A stretch of 64,000 nucleotides of DNA from Escherichia coli. Its GTDB lineage: Bacteria; Pseudomonadota; Gammaproteobacteria; Enterobacterales; Enterobacteriaceae. The notes beneath the pieces are model-generated. The model was given only the letters and a program-made list of their open reading frames with translations, ran no database searches and was not told the origin of the DNA. Positions 50,127 through 58,887 of this stretch are shown here, piece after piece. A program made the translations under genes and the position numbers. The stretch is from NCBI RefSeq assembly GCF_030384885.1, contig NZ_CP128613.1; one strand, given 5' to 3'. Within the stretch, counting starts at the first letter, position 1. Each line of letters starts with the position of its first letter.

Positions 50127-50684
50127 TTAATTTTTGTTATTCACTGTTTTCTTTTTGTCCTTCAAGTAATAAGTTTTCATGAAAGTTAAACGATCACCAT
50201 TAAACATATAGTCTGGATTAATAAAATAATAGTTCTGTATCATGGTCTCAGCAATAAATTTCTTGTCAGCAAGTTCTTTCATCCCTTTGAAATATGTCGT
50301 TCTTGATATTTTTACAATCTCTTGATCAACAATATCGAATGACATTAATATCGTATCTGTATCTTTATTGTCTCTAATAGCAAGATACAGTATCTTAAAT
50401 ACTTTCTTACCTGATGAGGATAAACCCTCAATAGCTGATACGCCATCCACATAAAGCTTCACGAACTGTGTCTTGTCTACTTCCATTGACTGAAAGAAAC
50501 CACCATGCCCAACCTGTTCTCCTGTATTTTCATTTACTACGGCTAAGCGGTCTTTTCCTGTTGTGATACGTCTGATACCTGTTTTTGTATGTATATTTGT
50601 ATCATTAAGGAATGGGTTTTTTACATGGCGAGGTAGACCTCTTCTTGATTTCTTTACTTCCGTTTGTATCTTATTTTCTATCAT
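50127..50684 (-). CDS. hypothetical protein (possible DNA-binding / replication-initiator-like)
   Basis: 185 aa ORF with strong RBS aaaggag; adjacent to AT-rich repeat-containing region. Confidence 0.55.
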   Translation of the reverse strand: MIENKIQTEVKKSRRGLPRHVKNPFLNDTNIHTKTGIRRITTGKDRLAVVNENTGEQVGHGGFFQSMEVDKTQFVKLYVDGVSAIEGLSSSGKKVFKILYLAIRDNKDTDTILMSFDIVDQEIVKISRTTYFKGMKELADKKFIAETMIQNYYFINPDYMFNGDRLTFMKTYYLKDKKKTVNNKN

Positions 50685-51095
50685 GGTACTTACTCCTTTA
50701 TTTTTTTAGTTATACATTTAAGTAAATACTATATTTTGCGTGCAAGTCAATACTTAAAGTTTATATTTTTTAAAATAACTAACACTTGATGTTTTTACGT
50801 ATAAAACTTGTAGTGCTACAGAATATATACAAATAACACTTTATTATTTTTATTTGAGAATAGTTATCAACTTAAGTACCGGGATTCGGGACTTTAACTC
50901 CCGAGAGTGCGTACTTTGTTTTAAGCTATAGCTGGCTTGAGAGCAGTTTTCTTCTTCATTATTCAAATAGCGAAGCTTTGGATGACATTTTAAAGAATAT
51001 AATATTGGAAATAGTTCTTCTTTTTAGTTGATTGGTGCCTTATCAAAATGGCACCAGTGGTGTTATCTGTGTTATTTTTCCTACTATGTTATTAC

Positions 51096-51145
51096 AGCGA
51101 AGTGATTGTTGTATACAATCACGAACCGCTGCTACTATCGGGACT
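51096..51145. repeat. dyad-symmetric repeat copy A (GTGATTGT-n5-ACAATCAC followed by GAAnnGCTGCTA)
   Basis: Seen directly; shares about 40 nt with copy B. Confidence 0.8.
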
Positions 51146-51232
51146 GCTTGATTAATTTTACTTTAACTTTATATGCGTCTACGACGCGATCTTTTTTGGA
51201 TAAATCCAATATTAACAGGGGCAAGCCCTGTT

Positions 51233-51280
51233 CAGCAGAGTGATTGTTCGCAACAATCACGAAGTGCTGCTATCAAGGAT
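51233..51280. repeat. dyad-symmetric repeat copy B (GTGATTGTT-CGC-AACAATCAC followed by GAAGTGCTGCTA)
   Basis: Seen directly; perfect 9-bp inverted arms. Confidence 0.8.
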
Positions 51281-51602
51281 ATAGTTTTCCTATACGTTTA
51301 AGAGCAAATGCTATATGTCTAAAGGGAAAAACTATGTTTAAACATAGGATCTAAATTCAGCATCATGAGGAAAAGAGATCAAACAATGATCGAGTACTTT
51401 TCTTTTTATTTAAAAAACAGGAGATGAATAAAATAAAAATATCAGCGTCAGGGCGTAGCCGTGCGTAAGCACAGAGATAAAGATCTTTTCAATAAGAAGT
51501 TTAATAATCAGTAGTGAAATCATAAATAAAATAAAAATATATTTGATTTTTACGCCTGCGATAGAGTATTAAACAGTAATAAAATAATAAAAGGAAAATA
51601 TA

Positions 51603-51872
51603 ATGAACAATACCAAAATGATCACTCTCTTCCATCCACATGACAAAACACCATTTATAATCTGTATTGTAAACAAAGTAGAAGATACAGACCACGGATT
51701 GAAATTAACCCTTGAAAACGGCAACAATATTTGTGTCAATAATTATAGTCATTATCTGTTATCAGAGTCTGTAAGTCGTTGCGATAAACACAGGTTAAAA
51801 AATATTTATATTCGCTTGGTTTCAGAACTCACGCAGATGAGTGAAAAAACTATAAATTCGCAAATGTTATAA
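51603..51872 (+). CDS. hypothetical small protein
   Basis: 89 aa ORF with RBS aaaagga; no recognisable domain. Confidence 0.45.
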   Translation: MNNTKMITLFHPHDKTPFIICIVNKVEDTDHGLKLTLENGNNICVNNYSHYLLSESVSRCDKHRLKNIYIRLVSELTQMSEKTINSQML

Positions 51873-51950
51873 AATATCTATAAAGACATAATAAATATTT
51901 TTGATATTATGATTAGTTGCATGGTATTAAATAAAAACAGGAAAAATATC

Positions 51951-52355
51951 ATGCTAAAAATAAAAACAAAGATCTATATACCTACAACTTTAACAGGAAA
52001 CATGGATAAACACTATATCCCTGTTTTAGAGGATTTAAGAAAAGCGATATACAGCGACAGAATGTTATCAAGGCTTGCAGATAGCGGCAATATTGTTATC
52101 CATAGTTCAGTTGGGTATCCGGTTGCTAAATACAAAAATACGGGTATTAGCATAGGTATAGAACCATTGAATCCAATGATAAGACAAAATCTGACTCTTG
52201 GATATATTATGGTTGTCAGAAACGGAAAAGCATCACAGGAGATTAATGGTTTACTTAACAGGTCATTGCCAAAAGCAATAAGCACTTTTAAGGATCACAT
52301 CAATGAATATGAAGCAGTAAAAAGTAAAATGCGACAACAAACTATGATCTGGTAA
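51951..52355 (+). CDS. hypothetical protein
   Basis: ORF 51909..52355, internal ATG 51951. Confidence 0.45.
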   Translation: MLKIKTKIYIPTTLTGNMDKHYIPVLEDLRKAIYSDRMLSRLADSGNIVIHSSVGYPVAKYKNTGISIGIEPLNPMIRQNLTLGYIMVVRNGKASQEINGLLNRSLPKAISTFKDHINEYEAVKSKMRQQTMIW

Positions 52356-52469
52356 AATATTTAGTCTGATAACTACAGGAGAAGGATGAGCAATGGAAGG
52401 TAAGTTAATTTTTGTTCCGATGCAATACTACGGTTTCAATCCAATTACGATGAAACCGCTGCCGTTCCA

Positions 52470-53432
52470 TTGCTATCCATCCAGAACGTCATAGCCAATA
52501 CCGATCCGTTCTTTCTTCTCCGGTTCTTCCACCATACCGTTCTGATTGAAGAAGGAACAACGCTGGCAAGTATCTTTCTGGCAATAGAACCATGGAAGGC
52601 TTTGTTAGCAGCTTATCTGGACAGAGATGTTGGTGCTTATATAGATGAGGTAAGAAAACCGTCCGGGCCAACGGCATGGGATATTGAATGGATCGGAATT
52701 GACCGTCGAAGTTCGGTTTATCGCGCTTACAAGCGTCAGGATATGGAAGAAGGGGAGGATTTTTCGACCTATTTTAATCGCGAGCGCTTCCCGACTGATG
52801 AGCTTGACATAGAAAGTAGCTGTGATGCTTCCGGCTTTATCAAAGGAGATAAAGAACGCTGGAGTATCAGCGGCGATATTCAACAAATTAAAAATCTTCC
52901 TGTAATCCTCTATAGCAAACAGACATTAATGACTTCACCGAAAGACGGTTTGCTGAAGAAAAACGTATCGGGTGTGAAGAGTTCCAAGCACAGTTGCTTT
53001 GTTTATGGCGATACCTCGTTTTCTTTTAGAGAGGTTATGGAAGCCATCTTCATTAGTAGGCTGTTCTTCTATGCACCAAAAGACGCAGCCAGCAGCCTTG
53101 ATGAGCTGAAAGCGAGTCTGGCTGAACTGGAAGAAGAACGTGCTGAAAGCACAAATACGGAGTCGATCGGCAATGAAACAGGTGAAGAACCTACCATCGT
53201 CGTAGCCGACGGTGCTTTTGATTCGCTCGCTGCTCACATGGAGTCTGAAAAGCGGAGTGGCAATCCATTAAGAAGTTGTGCCAGCAGGAAGGAGGGCTGC
53301 CCATACGTATTGGCAACATCAAAATGGCTGAGCCTCCAGCGTTATAGCTATTTTAAGAAAAGAAATGATGTAAATATGCATCTGGTTTTTCTTTATAATG
53401 TAAGGATGTCCGATGAAACATCAGCATCGTGA
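52470..53432 (+). CDS. hypothetical protein, possibly frameshifted at N-terminus
   Basis: 320 aa ORF with only a TTG start and no SD; a 33-codon ORF with strong RBS (aggagaagg) begins at about 52393 in the -1 frame and overlaps. Confidence 0.45.
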   Translation: MLSIQNVIANTDPFFLLRFFHHTVLIEEGTTLASIFLAIEPWKALLAAYLDRDVGAYIDEVRKPSGPTAWDIEWIGIDRRSSVYRAYKRQDMEEGEDFSTYFNRERFPTDELDIESSCDASGFIKGDKERWSISGDIQQIKNLPVILYSKQTLMTSPKDGLLKKNVSGVKSSKHSCFVYGDTSFSFREVMEAIFISRLFFYAPKDAASSLDELKASLAELEEERAESTNTESIGNETGEEPTIVVADGAFDSLAAHMESEKRSGNPLRSCASRKEGCPYVLATSKWLSLQRYSYFKKRNDVNMHLVFLYNVRMSDETSAS

Positions 53433-53640
53433 ATGTTATCTGGTTAATAATTTTCTTATGTAATATTATCTATGCCATCTGGCTATGTTTTCAATTGTTT
53501 TAGTTCTCGACAACTGTTTTTATATCCAGTATGATTTTACTCGTATCCGGCAGAATATTTTTAGATGCTGTTTCATGAACTCCGGTTGAAAGGTTTATTC
53601 TCTACTTTTGGGAATAATAGTTAAAATGGAGATAAGTGTA

Positions 53641-55077
53641 ATGACGTTTAGTAATGAAATTGAAGTTTTCATAAAAGATTTTGTTAAAGATCTTGAAAAT
53701 GATTGTGCTGCTATTTTTTCTGGCGCAGGAATGTCTAAAAGTCAAGGTTATGTTGATTGGAAAGAATTACTTAGCGATATAGCAGAAGAACTTAGTTTAG
53801 ACATTAATAAAGAAGACGATCTAATATCGCTTGCTCAATTTCATGTTAATGAAAAGAAAGGGGCTACAAAACTCACAAGGAAGATAATCGAAGAGTTTTC
53901 TGAGCAAGCCGAGCCATCAGAGGTTCATAATATAATTGCTCGTTTACCGATTAAGACATTTTGGACAACAAACTATGACACTTTAATTGAAGATAGTCTG
54001 CGGAAAGTTTACAAAATTGCAGATGTAAAAAGAAACATAGATGATTTAAATACAACACGACCTAAGCGAGACGCGATAGTATATAAAATGCATGGTGATA
54101 TTTCGTCCCCATCCAAGGCTATTTTATATAAAGAGCAGTATGAAAAATACTACAGAACACACGCTTCATTTATCACCGCACTTAGCGGAGATTTAATATC
54201 AAAAACCTTTCTATTCATAGGGTTTAGTTTTACCGACCCAAATCTGGATTACATTTTGAGTCGTTTGTATACTCATTCTGGGGACAAGAGGACACACTAT
54301 TGCTTTATGAAGAATGAGGCTAATAATTCCCTAGATGATGAAGAAACAGTAAATTATAAGATCAGAAAACAAAAACTGCGAATCGATGATCTCAAGAGAT
54401 TTGGTATACAAGTATTATTAATAGATGAATATTCTGACATCCCTAAAATTCTAGCTAAGATAGAGCAATCATTTAAAAAGAAAACGATATTTATTTCTGG
54501 TAGTGCAGAAAAATATGGGGATCTTGAAAGACCTAAAGCATTAGATTTTATTCACACATTAGCATATGAGATTATAAAGAATAATTATAGGATAGTGAAT
54601 GGATTTGGATGGGGCGTCGGAAGTTCTGTGATAAATGGTGCGTTGGATGCAATTTATAGTAGGCCAGATAAATTATCAGAAGAACAGCTCATTGTTAGAC
54701 CATTTCCACAAACTGTCAGTAAGGGGAAAGATATTCAAGAACTTTGGGAGGAGTATAGACAGAGAATGATTCCTCTTGGTGGTATTGCATTGTTTATTTT
54801 TGGAAATAAACAAGAGGAAAATAATGATATAGTTAATGCTAGGGGAGTATTTAGAGAGTTTGAGATTGCTGTTCAACATGGCCTTGTACCAATTCCTTTA
54901 CCCAATACCGGGTATATGTCTAAATATATATTTGAACAAATATCACAAGATCCTAAGAAATATTATGGAAGTAATGAATGGATATATAATGATTTGTCTG
55001 AGCTTACTGAAAAAGATTTTTCGGTAAAAAAAACAATAGAAGTTGTAATAAAAATCATAAACAAACTGAATAAATAA
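53641..55077 (+). CDS. thsA: Thoeris ThsA-like protein (N-terminal SIR2 NADase, C-terminal SLOG domain)
   Basis: ORF 53608..55077; SIR2 motifs FSGAGMS, TTNYD, HGD; C-terminal Rossmann-like FISGSAEKYG... SLOG region; length matches ThsA. Confidence 0.85.
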   Translation: MTFSNEIEVFIKDFVKDLENDCAAIFSGAGMSKSQGYVDWKELLSDIAEELSLDINKEDDLISLAQFHVNEKKGATKLTRKIIEEFSEQAEPSEVHNIIARLPIKTFWTTNYDTLIEDSLRKVYKIADVKRNIDDLNTTRPKRDAIVYKMHGDISSPSKAILYKEQYEKYYRTHASFITALSGDLISKTFLFIGFSFTDPNLDYILSRLYTHSGDKRTHYCFMKNEANNSLDDEETVNYKIRKQKLRIDDLKRFGIQVLLIDEYSDIPKILAKIEQSFKKKTIFISGSAEKYGDLERPKALDFIHTLAYEIIKNNYRIVNGFGWGVGSSVINGALDAIYSRPDKLSEEQLIVRPFPQTVSKGKDIQELWEEYRQRMIPLGGIALFIFGNKQEENNDIVNARGVFREFEIAVQHGLVPIPLPNTGYMSKYIFEQISQDPKKYYGSNEWIYNDLSELTEKDFSVKKTIEVVIKIINKLNK

Positions 55078-55093
55078 TATATTAGGTGAAGTT

Positions 55094-55705
55094 ATGGCTC
55101 ATGAAACATTCATATCATATAAATATAGTGAAGCACAGGATTTAAGAGACAAAATTGTCAAGGCATTAGGAGATGACGCTGTTTACTATAAAGGGGAGAC
55201 ATCGGAGTCTCCTGATATAAGTAATACAACAGTAGATAATATAAAGAACAATCTTAAAAATATGATTTTCGGGACATCTGTTTTAATTGTTATTATTTCC
55301 CCGAATATGATTAAAAGTAAATGGATTGACTGGGAAATTGAATATGCATTGAAAGAATACAAGAGAGGAGGAACCACTTCCCGAACTAATGGCATTGTTG
55401 GTGTGATAATGAAGGTTAATAATAGCTATGACTGGTTAGTATCTTCTTCAATCAAGCCTGATGGATGTTCATCAAGAACTATTGATACAACTAAACTATA
55501 TGACATTATTAATAATAATAGGTTTAATTTAACTTCAGAAGATAAATATTGTTGCCCTGAGTGCAAATCATATGATCAATTGACTGGTTCTTATATTTCA
55601 TTGATAGAAGAAGACCGATTTTTAGCAGATGTATCTTCATACATTGAAAATGCCTATGAGAAATCTAAAAAATTAAGTTCCTACGATTTATATAAACAAA
55701 AATAG
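55094..55705 (+). CDS. thsB: Thoeris ThsB-like TIR-domain protein
   Basis: 203 aa, N-terminal FISYKYSEAQ and SKWIDWEIEYAL typical of bacterial TIR domains; 16 bp downstream of thsA. Confidence 0.8.
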   Translation: MAHETFISYKYSEAQDLRDKIVKALGDDAVYYKGETSESPDISNTTVDNIKNNLKNMIFGTSVLIVIISPNMIKSKWIDWEIEYALKEYKRGGTTSRTNGIVGVIMKVNNSYDWLVSSSIKPDGCSSRTIDTTKLYDIINNNRFNLTSEDKYCCPECKSYDQLTGSYISLIEEDRFLADVSSYIENAYEKSKKLSSYDLYKQK

Positions 55706-55754
55706 ATGATAACGGAAAAGGGCCACAATTATTTGTGGCCTATATATACACATA

Positions 55755-56132
55755 TTAATCAAGCAGGCCACGAGATGTCTTACTTGCAGTCTGACGAAAA
55801 TCATAACGTTCCGCAATATCACCTTTAAACCAGATATCCAGTGATTTAATGTGCGCCGTGTTGCTATTGGTCAACAGAGCAAGGCCCGGTATGTAGTTAG
55901 ATAGTTGGCTTTCTCCCGTCATACTTGAGTAGTTCCACATCTCCTGACCATCAGTCGTAGCGCGTGTTTGAGGCTCTCCAAAGGCAGCAAGAATTTCTTG
56001 TTGGGTAGTTTTTCCCTTGACGATTTTTAATTTAACCGTTTGATGATTTTCATCAGTTAGGGATTTATTACCATGAACGGTACAGCCACTAAGTGGTAAT
56101 ATGATAAAAATAGCAAGTAATAATTTTTTCAT
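55755..56132 (-). CDS. lipoprotein with SmpA/OmlA (BamE)-like domain
   Basis: Signal peptide with lipobox LSGC; ...KGKTTQQEILAAFGEP... resembles BamE fold family. Confidence 0.55.
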   Translation of the reverse strand: MKKLLLAIFIILPLSGCTVHGNKSLTDENHQTVKLKIVKGKTTQQEILAAFGEPQTRATTDGQEMWNYSSMTGESQLSNYIPGLALLTNSNTAHIKSLDIWFKGDIAERYDFRQTASKTSRGLLD

Positions 56133-56163
56133 TTTGTTCCATAATTAGATGAAAGGTGAGACG

Positions 56164-56652
56164 TTAGAAAACATACTTTTTAAATACCAGCATCCATCGC
56201 TCACAAAGTTCGTGATTTGAAGTGCTTTTATTTTTCAAGGGAACATTAACTTTCCACATGGGATTTTTAATATCATCGGTTAAAATATTTAGACCAGACC
56301 GTTTGTTTGCTGAAAGTTGTTCTCTCCAGTTAGCAATGGCCGCATTATTCATACCTCGTAATGTTCCATTGCCGTAAAACTTACCACCTTCTGAAAGCGT
56401 ATAATTTATTTCTCGAATTTGATCAAAAGTATATGTGCTATCTTTATCTTTATTGAAAATACGGACAGTATGTTTTTGAGTATCAATGACAATACCTGTC
56501 TGTTGGCATTGATACGAAAGAATGTCGCCGTCCAGAACTTCCGTGAAGCTGTTGTAGTGCTTTTTCTTCTGTATATCTGCTGCGGTCATGATAATGACGA
56601 AGAGCACCACTAAAAATACGATACCTGTTGCTTCCACTTTTACTTCCTCCAT
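56164..56652 (-). CDS. hypothetical membrane-anchored protein
   Basis: 162 aa ORF with one N-terminal TM helix; weak RBS. Confidence 0.45.
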   Translation of the reverse strand: MEEVKVEATGIVFLVVLFVIIMTAADIQKKKHYNSFTEVLDGDILSYQCQQTGIVIDTQKHTVRIFNKDKDSTYTFDQIREINYTLSEGGKFYGNGTLRGMNNAAIANWREQLSANKRSGLNILTDDIKNPMWKVNVPLKNKSTSNHELCERWMLVFKKYVF

Positions 56653-56769
56653 GTAAATGAGTTAAAGAGACTGAACCCGCTCACAGAGCTTTGCTTCGTT
56701 TTATACGTCCTACAGCACCAAACTCATGGCGTCGGTCTCGGCGTTGCAAGGCTATCAGAACTTGAAATC

Positions 56770-56912
56770 ATGATCGATATAAAAGATCGATAATTGCTTA
56801 TTGATAGATTCTAACGATTAAACAGATGATATCGATCGGCAATTAATTGTTATTATCGATCGAATATCAACTTATGATAGCTGCAAGCTATCATGTGGTC
56901 GTTTTTGATCGT
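56770..56912. promoter_or_regulatory. GATC-dense divergent intergenic region with repeated ATCGATCG motifs and a 21-bp near-palindrome
   Basis: Five GATC sites in about 140 bp; atgatagctgcaagctatcat near-palindrome at 56874..56894. Confidence 0.4.
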
Positions 56913-57069
56913 TTTAAACGATATGACGAGACGCTAAAAGAATTGAATCCTATCAATTGGTTAAGCGGTGGTTTTGCCATGTGATATCAGCCGGATCCCG
57001 CAACAACTCAAGCCCTGACCGGATTAGGTCAAAAATTTAGGCACTTTGATTATCAGGATGGACAAGCAG

Positions 57070-57600
57070 ATGAAGAAGATTTTACTCGTTGTAGGCGCAA
57101 CTCTGGCACTGGCGGGATGTGGTGAGAAAGGTGATTTTGAGAAGGCGATCAATGCCAAGATAGGGCAGGACAAATATTGCTTCTCGCTGGATAACAATAA
57201 CACCAGCTTCCCCATCCGTCTTGCCAAGCCACGACTTGATTCGACTGGCACAGGGACGAATTCAGTGATCCTCGACGGTTTTATTGAGCAGGGCCTGATG
57301 GTTTTTGAACAGGGCTATGATTCGAACGTATTAGGGATAACAGAGGAAGGCAAAAAAGCCAAAGTCTGGAGCACAAGAGACGGTGCTTGTGTAGGTCGTC
57401 GTGCTGTTGATGAGATTAAGGAATGGACGGAGCCGGGAAACGGTAATCAGAAAGTAGTTCGCGTGACTTATACGTGGAAGTTGGTTGACGTTCCGGGCTG
57501 GATTGACAAAAAAGCCTTCGCCAGCGTTAAAGGAATGAATGAACCTGCTGATGGTGCAATGAATCTTGTTAAAACAAGTAATGGCTGGAAAGCTAACTAA
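57070..57600 (+). CDS. hypothetical lipoprotein
   Basis: ORF 57046..57600, start MKKILLVVGATLALAGC (lipobox). Confidence 0.6.
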   Translation: MKKILLVVGATLALAGCGEKGDFEKAINAKIGQDKYCFSLDNNNTSFPIRLAKPRLDSTGTGTNSVILDGFIEQGLMVFEQGYDSNVLGITEEGKKAKVWSTRDGACVGRRAVDEIKEWTEPGNGNQKVVRVTYTWKLVDVPGWIDKKAFASVKGMNEPADGAMNLVKTSNGWKAN

Positions 57601-57695
57601 AAGGATGCTGGATCGTTAAATGCCCCTGCTACGCTGTGGAAAGTGACAGAAGGGGCATGAATTGTATTTCATTTAATGTAGTGAATGATATTTTA

Positions 57696-58268
57696 TTATA
57701 TCGATTTGTTAGATACTTTCATCAATTTCTCTTGAATTTTTCTTATTCTTTCAAGTTCTTCAACAATGGGATTTTTCTCGCCTTCACTTTGCATGAAAGG
57801 GCTTAAGTCTATATTGTTTTTTTCAACAACTTCTTTATTCATATAACTGTACGTTGCGGTTATTGTAAATTGTTGTGGTAACGGATTTTTCGATTCTCCA
57901 AAAATAACCCAACCTTGACCAAGGGCGAAGAATAACTCTTGATTGGGCGCTAAGCTATCAATAGTCGATGTAAAAATACTTGTTTCTTTTAGGTTTTTAG
58001 TTGGCTCATCGAACTGATAAAAATCCTTATCTAATTCTAATTTTACATTCAGGGCTGGTGTCTTACCGCTATTATAAATTTTCAGGTATAGGAATTGCGA
58101 GTGAGGTCTTACCATTGGCTGGATTATTATATAAGGACGAGACATTGCCTCGGTTTGCTCATTCATTATCTGAGCTGTTCGTTCGCTTATTCTCGACATC
58201 TTGTATGTCAAAAATGCATAAATTCCTGTAATGATAACAAGAATTGCTGTAAGTATTTCCATTGTCAT
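57696..58268 (-). CDS. hypothetical membrane-anchored protein
   Basis: 190 aa, N-terminal TM helix, strong RBS aggag. Confidence 0.55.
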   Translation of the reverse strand: MTMEILTAILVIITGIYAFLTYKMSRISERTAQIMNEQTEAMSRPYIIIQPMVRPHSQFLYLKIYNSGKTPALNVKLELDKDFYQFDEPTKNLKETSIFTSTIDSLAPNQELFFALGQGWVIFGESKNPLPQQFTITATYSYMNKEVVEKNNIDLSPFMQSEGEKNPIVEELERIRKIQEKLMKVSNKSI

Positions 58269-58314
58269 GATTAACTCCTAAGTATAATGATTCATACCAG
58301 TAAGGTATAATATT

Positions 58315-58809
58315 TTAACTATTATTGCATTTTTTTCTGTTGAATAGTTGATTATATCCAAGTTCCATTTCTTCAATAAAATCTTCATTAAATGTTGGAA
58401 ATCCACACGCCAGTGGTTCTTTCCCTCGAATTTTGAATAAGTTATAAAGATAACTACTTTCTTTATATGCGACATGAATGGCAGGATATGGCCTATTTTT
58501 TATAATCTTATTGTTTAGTTCCTTATCATTGATAATGTTATATTGATCCCCCGTTATATCAACTACAATATTATCTATCTCAAGCCAGTAATGGGTTATT
58601 TGACTATTTTTTCCGGTAGTTGCGCTAACTCCTTTTAGCTCACATTCAGGCCATAGGGTCAGAAAATGGTAAGAAAGAAGCATTGAGGTAAGCTTACAAC
58701 TCATAACAGGAAAACAGTCTATAACAAGACTGGTGTTCTTTTTATCACAACTTTCAATTAATCTACGAAGCTTAACTGCTTCTTCTTTTATTTCGATAAT
58801 GGTTGGCAA
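58315..58809 (-). CDS. hypothetical protein
   Basis: 164 aa, TTG start preceded by gggag RBS, 46 bp upstream of 57696..58268 on same strand. Confidence 0.5.
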   Translation of the reverse strand: MPTIIEIKEEAVKLRRLIESCDKKNTSLVIDCFPVMSCKLTSMLLSYHFLTLWPECELKGVSATTGKNSQITHYWLEIDNIVVDITGDQYNIINDKELNNKIIKNRPYPAIHVAYKESSYLYNLFKIRGKEPLACGFPTFNEDFIEEMELGYNQLFNRKKCNNS

Positions 58810-58887
58810 GATCAGCTCCCTAACTACATGATGTGCCGAGCATTTAATATATACGATACATAGGTCATTAAAAAGTATGTTCTAAAT

